Shown: positions 29,201 to 36,045 of the stretch, in pieces
How the letters are laid out: every line of letters begins with the position of its first letter
Numbering within the stretch: position 1 is the stretch's first letter
Source: Schmidtea nova
Lineage: Eukaryota
Length of the DNA stretch: 64,000 nucleotides
Assembly (NCBI GenBank): GCA_044892505.1
Contig: CM097882.1
Location: 590,860,001 to 590,924,000, forward strand
Direction: 5' to 3'
Notes under the pieces: generated by a model
Databases searched by the model: none
What the model was told of the DNA's origin: nothing
The model's input: only the letters and a program-made list of their open reading frames with translations
Position numbers and translations under genes: made by a program

Positions 29201-32100
29201 TCAATTATTGCCAATATTTCCATTATTGTTTTCGATATCCATTCCTCACCTTGACATATTGGTGTTGTCTCTTTTTCTTTTATCTCCGCGATTTTATTTA
29301 ATTTCTTTAAACATACTTCCCATTGATCTTGTCTCTTTTCATCCTTATTTCTGATGACTACATTTGCCGGATCTGTCTTGGGTCTACCTCGAGGTCGTCT
29401 ATCCATTCCGGTACCCGTTTCCACAAATCTTGTTGCTCGTCCTGTTTCTTCCGTGACATCTCTTGGTTCGTTAGCTCTTTCTTCTAACCATCTTTCCATT
29501 TCTTGGGTTAATTGTACATTTTCGACATTCGCTCCTCTCGTTTCGTCTTCCGTCAAATCGTTTACTTCTTCTATTATTATCTCTTCTTCGACTTCTGTTT
29601 CTCCGGTGTTGGTTACTTGTACTGTCGTAGGTAATTCTTGTATTCTTTCGAAAATGTTATCGTCTTTTTCCTTTGTTAGTTCGGTTAATTCTTCTATCAT
29701 ATCGTCGCTGTCTGTTAAAATTTCGTCCACGTCGTATGGTTGTGGTAGAGTCATTTCTCTATTCCCCCTGGGTGTTGTCTCAGATCGCCTTGAACTTGTC
29801 CCTGGCGTTGGTACTGATTTCATCGGGCTCGGCGTACTTATACTTCCGTGTGGTTTATGGTTTTCTTCTTTACGTTTTAATGGTTGACCTGCTATTGCTT
29901 CTACTGTCAAGGTATTCATGAGATCTAGTTGTGCTGGCGTTATTCCGATTTCCAAACTGTTATCTAATGATCGTCCTTGGTGTTGTAAATGGAATGGTGG
30001 TTCGTATCTCAATTTCTTTTTAATATCTCGAATTTTTTCTGCTATTCCTACCCACAATTCTTCCTTATCCTTGTTTGGATATATTATTCTTAAATGCACT
30101 TTTTGTGGAATTTCCTGCGAGAATTCTTGATTTCTCCATTTCCTAATTACGTGGTCTAGTTGTTCCGGGCACCACTCGTTGACTCTTTTATATTCTGCGA
30201 TTGCTTTTGCTACTTTGCGTAAGCATGTTATATCTTCTCCATTAACCACGAAAAAATCTGCGAGACCTTTTATTATTTTTCTCTTACCGTGCGCATTAGT
30301 TTTTAATATTTCGACAAATTCTTCCGTTTTTTGCTTTTCCTTTTCTACCCATATAGCCGCTGTTTCTGGTCCATCTAGGTCTATTGGCGTAGCTTTCCTT
30401 GTCACCATGCAAACCCTTCTCATTTCTGGTTCGCAGTCATCTTCCATTCCTCTTTCATATTCTTCTTCATATTCCCCTTCCTTTGGTACCCAACATTTTC
30501 CTTTCTCGTTCCATTGTTTTTCTACGGGTGTTCGTATTCGTCTGTTGAGATTGAGTTCTTCTAATACATTTTCCCACTCTGGCCAAATTCGCCAATATCG
30601 ATAGATGTCTACTATTTGTTGTAATTTGCGCACAACTTTTTTCCGTCGTTCCCGTTCTCTTTTCTCATCTTTAGCAGTTTCTCTGGGTGTATCGTCCATT
30701 CTGATAACGTGGATGGTTTGGTGATTATCCCATATACCGATTTTATATAGTCGTCTCTCATCGTGATCCCATAATACATGTTCGTTATATTGTATGATTA
30801 TGTCGTCTTCCCATTCGTCTTCTGGTTCCCTTTGCACTAGTGTCTCGTTGATGACATTTATTAATTCTTTAATGGTGCAATCCGCTACTACTTCAATTTC
30901 TTTGGTGTCTTCATTAGGCAATTCCACTGAAATTTTTAGATCTGTTATTTTCCCTTGTCTAAACATTGTTTTTCCCATTTTTGCGATTAATTTGTCGTGT
31001 GAGATTTGTGACCATCTCGTGTGACTTGTGTCACGTATGCACTCAATACATTGTTTCAATTTCTCGTATTCGCTTCTCATTAACTCCTTTCTATGTTTTT
31101 TGACTTGTGGTATGATTTGCTCTATCAGGGAATTTAGATTCTTTCGTAAGACTCGTTCTTTCTCGTATTCTAACCGAGGTTTTATTCTCCTTTCAAAGCA
31201 CGTGTTTGCTTCCCTTGCAACTTCTTGTAGGTTCTCTTCTTCCTTCTCATCACATATTGATAACAGAGTTATTTCTCCTGGCCATATACCTGTTTCTACT
31301 AAGTGCGTTCTTTTCTTTACGAGTCTATTCTGCGAATAGATGAATTTGTTTTTATATGAGCTCCCTAGTCTATCCTCTACCCATCTGTAGATATCGTCTG
31401 TAAATGGAGTTTTGATCCAGATTCTTGGTGTAGATGTATTTATTATTATTGAGATGGTGTAATTGAGGAGTGGTTCCTCTATTAATTTCCCTACGTATCG
31501 ATTTAACATGTCCACTTCCCGGTCTTGTAACCATTCTTTGTAGTTCATTTGTAATAATGCTTTCATGAATTTCCGATATTGTTTCTTGTCCATGAACTCT
31601 TCGTTATATATCACTTCTAGCGAGTTATCTAGTAATTTCTGGATTTCATCTACCTTTATCTGTGTAGGTTCTGAGGTCTTTATTACTTCTCTCTCTTTAT
31701 TTTCGTCTTCGGATTCGTTTAATATGTCTCCTGCTAGGCTACTGATGTCGCTATCTTCTTCCTCATCGGAAAACTCTCTGGCGGTATTTCTTAACATATT
31801 AATATGTGCTATTTGGTTCGTTTCTCCTTGTATATTCTTCGTTGGTTCTGGTTCGTTTTTGTCAATCTCTGGTGTTTGTTCACTCTTGTCCTCTATTACT
31901 TCGACTTTTCTCATTTTCCTTTCCAACTCGTCTATCTCTTTCAAACGTCTTCTTATCATTTTTCCTTTAAATATTCGACTGATTCGGGTTTCGTGACGCA
32001 CTGGTGGTGGAATTTCTTCTGATTCTATTTCTTTGATTCTCATCACATTTCTTTTTGTCTCTGTTACTCCCATGTTTTCCCATATATCCGTTAATTTCAA
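17212..32100 (-). CDS. pol: 4962-aa polyprotein: UBLs, Bcl-2-like, Env, PR, RT, RH, IN, ANK, FN3/TM modules (frame open from 32211)
   Basis: Single open frame with DTGA, YIDD, TDAS and integrase HHCC/DDE/GPY motifs. The track start is TTG and the frame overlaps the end of gag. Confidence 0.97.
   Translation of the reverse strand: [4962 protein letters not shown]
17396..20673 (-). other. Polyprotein C-terminus: two related modules [signal-like, 4 or 3 FN3-like repeats, TM, QWP]
   Basis: Seven repeats of CW..C..(I)..L...Y.IC..C..Y.T; TM segments at ~18907-18972 and ~17396-17466; signal-like segments at ~20620-20673 and ~18625-18672. Confidence 0.7.
21395..22655 (-). other. Two ankyrin-repeat clusters (~22405-22655 and ~21395-21672)
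   Basis: [56 protein letters not shown]. Confidence 0.85.
22960..24000 (-). other. Integrase (HHCC, DDE core, GPY module)
   Basis: [50 protein letters not shown]. Confidence 0.97.
24290..25545 (-). other. Reverse transcriptase and RNase H (Ty3/Gypsy)
   Basis: [41 protein letters not shown]; YIDD at 25072-25083; [28 protein letters not shown]. Confidence 0.98.
26040..26350 (-). other. Aspartic protease
   Basis: [12 protein letters not shown] (DTG at 26290-26298); CIIGTDLM. Confidence 0.95.
26900..28746 (-). other. env: Envelope glycoprotein domain, chuvirus/Monjiviricetes-like class III fusogen, inside the polyprotein
   Basis: Signal [22 protein letters not shown], then [63 protein letters not shown]; TM at ~26920-27007. 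Confidence 0.82.
28853..29244 (-). other. Bcl-2-like domain
   Basis: BH2-like [17 protein letters not shown] (compare Bcl-xL LEPWIQENGGWDTF) preceded by a helical bundle; BH1 NWGR is degenerate. Confidence 0.72.
29893..31460 (-). other. Three ubiquitin-like (beta-grasp) domains at ~31255-31460, ~30703-30939 and ~29893-30096
   Basis: [62 protein letters not shown]...LVETGIWPG. Confidence 0.6.
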
Positions 32101-32120
32101 TTTTACTGATGGTGCACCCT

Positions 32121-34127
32121 CTATTTGTAAGAACGCTTCTCTGGCAGCTTCGTTACTCCTGGAATCATCTGGTTTACTTTGTTGAATAATACTTTCACTT
32201 CTTCTTTTGCGTTATATTGGAATTGAAACATATGGTCGTTGGGCATGATTACCATCATTCCTTTTTTCCAAATCTCTTTCCTCTCTTCCTGGTTTATCTC
32301 GGTTTCCACTCCCTTTTCTGCTTCTTTTTCTACTTCTTCATCTTTTTGTACTATTTCTTTTCGACTTTCGTTATCGGCTGGATTCGGGTCTATCGAATTC
32401 ATTTCCAGTGTGGTTTCTTTCTCGCGAGTGTCTGTTTGGTTTGTTGCTCTTAGCATGTTAATTCTTAGAGGTTGTCGTTCTCTTTCTTGCTGTTTTTGTT
32501 CATCCTCTCTTTGTATTCTTGCCCATTCCTGAGCGTGTCGTGCTTGACTTTCTCGATTCAATCGTTCGTTTTCGCTTTCTATTTTTCTCATCATGCTAAT
32601 TTGTTGTTGATTGGTTTGCGGATTTCCTCTCGTCGTATTGTTTATGAGTTCCGTCAACCTTTGAACTTCTTGCATCAAATGAATTTCTTTGGGGGTGGTT
32701 TTGTTCTGATTATTGTTATTGTTGTTTTGTTGGTTTCCATAATCTGGTCGGTTTACGATATTTGCTTGATTTCCGTAATTTGGTCGGTTCCCATTACTCT
32801 GCCAGTTTCCTCGCTGATTACTTTTTTGTCCGCAATTTCTTGAATAGTGACCAGGTCGTCCGCAATTAAAACAGATTATTGTAGAACATCTGCTTTCCGA
32901 GTGTCCTTTAACTCCACATTTTCCGCAATTCAAATTTTGATAGCATTCTTGCTGCCAGTGTCCCAACTTCCCGCATGTTTTACATTGTTTTGTTTGTCTT
33001 TGGGGGTTGTAATTGTTTTGATTTTCAAAGTTCTGCACTTTATTTCCTTCATTCCTTCGTTGAGGGGGTGGTCGGTTTAATTGTTGCGAATTTGGAATGT
33101 GATTGTTGAGATTTACTTCTGGTTCGGTTTGCGCCGTGTCCATGGCCAAATAAATTCTACCCTCGCTTCCTATCATATGCAATTCGAATCTGTTAGCTGT
33201 TTCTAGTGCTTGGTCTAGGGTTTTACATCCTTGGCATCCCACTTGTGCTCTTATGTCGGGTCTTCTCAGTCCTCCTATGAAGATAGCTGCCATTAACTCC
33301 TCGTTTATTGGACCTCCATCCTTGAATACCGATTTTGCTAATTTTTTCAGTTCGCTCGCGTATACCGCATTAGATTCGTTCATCTTTTGTTTCCTCATTG
33401 AAAATTCTATGAATGCTTCGCTTAGCACTTTATTTATTCCAAATGTCTGTTGAAAAAAATCCTTTATCGCTGGCCAGTCTGCAGGTGGATTTGTACCGTT
33501 TTTTGCTTCCAAATATAGGTCCAATGCGCTATCTTTCAAATATAACTGTATTCTACTTGCTGTTGTCTCAGCTTTCCATTTGCATACTTCCACGAATATG
33601 CCAAATTCCTTTAGAAAAATTTCCAATTTACTCGCATCTCCGTTAAACGGTTCTCCTGAAAATTTATCCTTTATTTCTTCTCTTGGTTCACCCATTTCAA
33701 TTCCGCTGTCTTGAGTTATTTTACTTTCGTTTCCTCTTGTTTCTAGTTCGTTGTTATGTTCGTCTTCTGTTCCACTCGAGCTTGAATCGCTTTCAGTTTC
33801 TCTTATTACTACGTTATCTGATATTATACTTTCGTTATCACTCTCGTTGGTTTCTACCTCTGGTTCTACCTCGTTTTCTACTTCTTCGATATTATCGTTG
33901 CTAGTTTCGTCGCTTTCTATTTCGCTTGTTTGGTTCTCCTTGGGTTCCGCTTGGTTCTCTTTGTTACTTGAGCTGTTGCTTACTACTGACAATTTATCGT
34001 TTTCGATAATTGATTTATCTCTGATTATTTTCCTCGCTTTACTTCCTTGTGGGTTTTTGTGGTTATCTTTGCCGGCTTTCTGCTTTTTTGTTGGCTTTAT
34101 TGCGACACTCTTTGCTCCTTTTCTCAA
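32121..34127 (-). CDS. gag: Gag (acidic N-terminus, capsid domain, 3 CCHC zinc knuckles), ~668 aa
   Basis: FNGDASKLEIFL..W..LYLKDSALDLY; CKTCGKLGHWQQEC, CGKCGVKGHSESRC and CFNCGRPGHYSRNC (32832-32984); 5' start is non-ATG. Confidence 0.93.
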   Translation of the reverse strand: MRKGAKSVAIKPTKKQKAGKDNHKNPQGSKARKIIRDKSIIENDKLSVVSNSSSNKENQAEPKENQTSEIESDETSNDNIEEVENEVEPEVETNESDNESIISDNVVIRETESDSSSSGTEDEHNNELETRGNESKITQDSGIEMGEPREEIKDKFSGEPFNGDASKLEIFLKEFGIFVEVCKWKAETTASRIQLYLKDSALDLYLEAKNGTNPPADWPAIKDFFQQTFGINKVLSEAFIEFSMRKQKMNESNAVYASELKKLAKSVFKDGGPINEELMAAIFIGGLRRPDIRAQVGCQGCKTLDQALETANRFELHMIGSEGRIYLAMDTAQTEPEVNLNNHIPNSQQLNRPPPQRRNEGNKVQNFENQNNYNPQRQTKQCKTCGKLGHWQQECYQNLNCGKCGVKGHSESRCSTIICFNCGRPGHYSRNCGQKSNQRGNWQSNGNRPNYGNQANIVNRPDYGNQQNNNNNNQNKTTPKEIHLMQEVQRLTELINNTTRGNPQTNQQQISMMRKIESENERLNRESQARHAQEWARIQREDEQKQQERERQPLRINMLRATNQTDTREKETTLEMNSIDPNPADNESRKEIVQKDEEVEKEAEKGVETEINQEERKEIWKKGMMVIMPNDHMFQFQYNAKEEVKVLFNKVNQMIPGVTKLPEKRSYK

Positions 34128-34736
34128 CTGGATTACTTTTATATTATCAATTTTCTTGTCCTATCTATTATCGTTTTTCTGATTCTTCTTGTTGCTTGAT
34201 TGATTTGATTGATTTGTATATCTAAAATACAAAGGTCCTCAACGATACCTTATTGTTATCGTCGCGCTTTTATTCCCTTTCTTTCGGGATTACTTATTAC
34301 TGGGTTTTCATTATTTCCCATTCCAAGATTCCCCTTTATTTTTAGTCTATTTAAATTATCTATAGACTGGTCACAATTATCTATTTATGTCGTAATAATT
34401 ATCTATGTTTTATCAAATCCATTACTTTTCCCACAGTTTCCCAATTTATTGGTCGCTCGAGCGCTCTAATTCCCTGAGTCTTTCTGACTCATTTATCATT
34501 ATTTTATCAGCTCTAGTCGTTTCTCATTGCTAGCTATTGTTTTACCTAGTCTGCCGGTTTCTCCGGTCAGCTCCAATTTTTATTATTCTCCTTGCATGCT
34601 TTAGTTCAGGTTGCATAATCAGCTTTACTCGCATTTCTTAACTATTAGTGCGCACTACTCTAAATCTCGTCGACGATTACACTAAGGGTCTATATTCCCT
34701 CTATTACTATTTATCCGGATATCTCTATACTTCTCT

Positions 34737-34896
34737 ATGGCTCTTCTGGCCTAAATTTCATATCTCATCTGGCTCTATTGGCCTTAATTTAACCTCTCAA
34801 ATGGCTCTATTGGCCTCAATTTAATCTCTCAAATGGCTCTATTGGCCTCAATTTAATCTCTCAAATGGCTCTATTGGCCTCAATTTTATTTCTCCA
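34737..34896 (-). promoter_or_regulatory. 32-bp CCAAT repeat array (second copy)
   Basis: Same as 1588-1747. Confidence 0.7.
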
Positions 34897-34936
34897 TAAC
34901 GCCTAGCTAGGTCATTCAATATGGCTCATTGGCCAC

Positions 34937-35054
34937 AACCCTTTTTTTCAAGGGACAAACCGCTAATAACCCTTTGTTTCAAGGGACAACTCTAATAACC
35001 CTTTGTTTCAAGGGACAAATCTCTTAACCCTTTGTTTCAAGGGACAAATCTCAT
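34937..35054. repeat. 29-31-bp repeat x4 (second copy)
   Basis: Same as 1788-1905. Confidence 0.9.
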
Positions 35055-35534
35055 ATAACTTTACTTAACCGGTTAATCACAATTCCCTACTTCGCTAGCG
35101 ATTAAAATTTCTCAGCTGAGTTATAACTACTTCTATGCGAGCTGATTATGCACCTTTCTATTCTTTCAAAAATGTCATTTATCTCTCTATTCTATCCTAA
35201 CTAATTCCTGATCAGTCTGCTTCAACTTTTTATTTATTTTTCTCTGTGCGCGCTTTACTCCATCAAGATTTCCCTATCTCTCTCCCCAACCAAAATATAC
35301 AAAAAGATCGCGTTGGTCTATTAATGCAGGATGTGGTGATCAATCACATCACAAAAACTTTCCAACATTTGCGATGGGCCCCTTTCTATACACTTGACTA
35401 GGTTGATCAATTGGTACCCCCCAATGGATTCTTACCGGACTACTTTGTAGTAGCTCAAAAAAAAATTATTTAAATACAATGATTGTTCCCATGATTCACC
35501 ATTCGATATTTTACTAATTAACTCTAAACATTTA

Positions 35535-36045
35535 TTACAAATAAACTATAATTTTTTCATTCACGGTAAAGTTGCACATCGGACACCGGTCACACTTGTT
35601 GGCACAGATCTTACAAAAACGGAAATGTCCACAAGGTAAAAACATAATTTGTATCTCGTTGTTTTCACATATATAGCACTGTCGGTATTTTTTCGCTGCT
35701 TCTACCCCTTGCGCCCTCCATCGATTGTATGCTGGGGTTAATTGTTGTTCCATCTGTCTGCATCTAATGTTCAGCTCCGCATTCTCTAGTCGTGCTTGGT
35801 ACCATTTGTAGCGGGTTTTTATGTCGATTTTACTTGTTCTTTCTGTTATCTTTATTAATTCATCTGTTTCCTCGGTCCTCGGTCTGTGTTGTGGGTTCTT
35901 GAAATTCAATTTCCCTAAATCGGTTTATTTTCTTGCCAATTGTTGCTAATGTTTCGTTTTCTGTGTTGAGAAATTCTTCGATTTCTTTCAGTTTTTCCTC
36001 CATTTGCTGAATAAATAATCGTTTTAACTTTGTTGTTTTTATCAT
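35535..36045 (-). pseudogene. RING gene, second copy, frameshifted by a 7-bp duplication
   Basis: CCTCGGT duplicated at 35870-35883; ORF split into 61-aa and 124-aa pieces. Confidence 0.88.

Noticed and set aside
14151-32022. Dozens of plus-strand F/L/S/I-rich ORFs (e.g. 18332-19126, 21398-22402, 15713-16393) and their copy-2 equivalents
   Set aside because: Antisense shadows of the A-rich minus-strand genes; no motifs.
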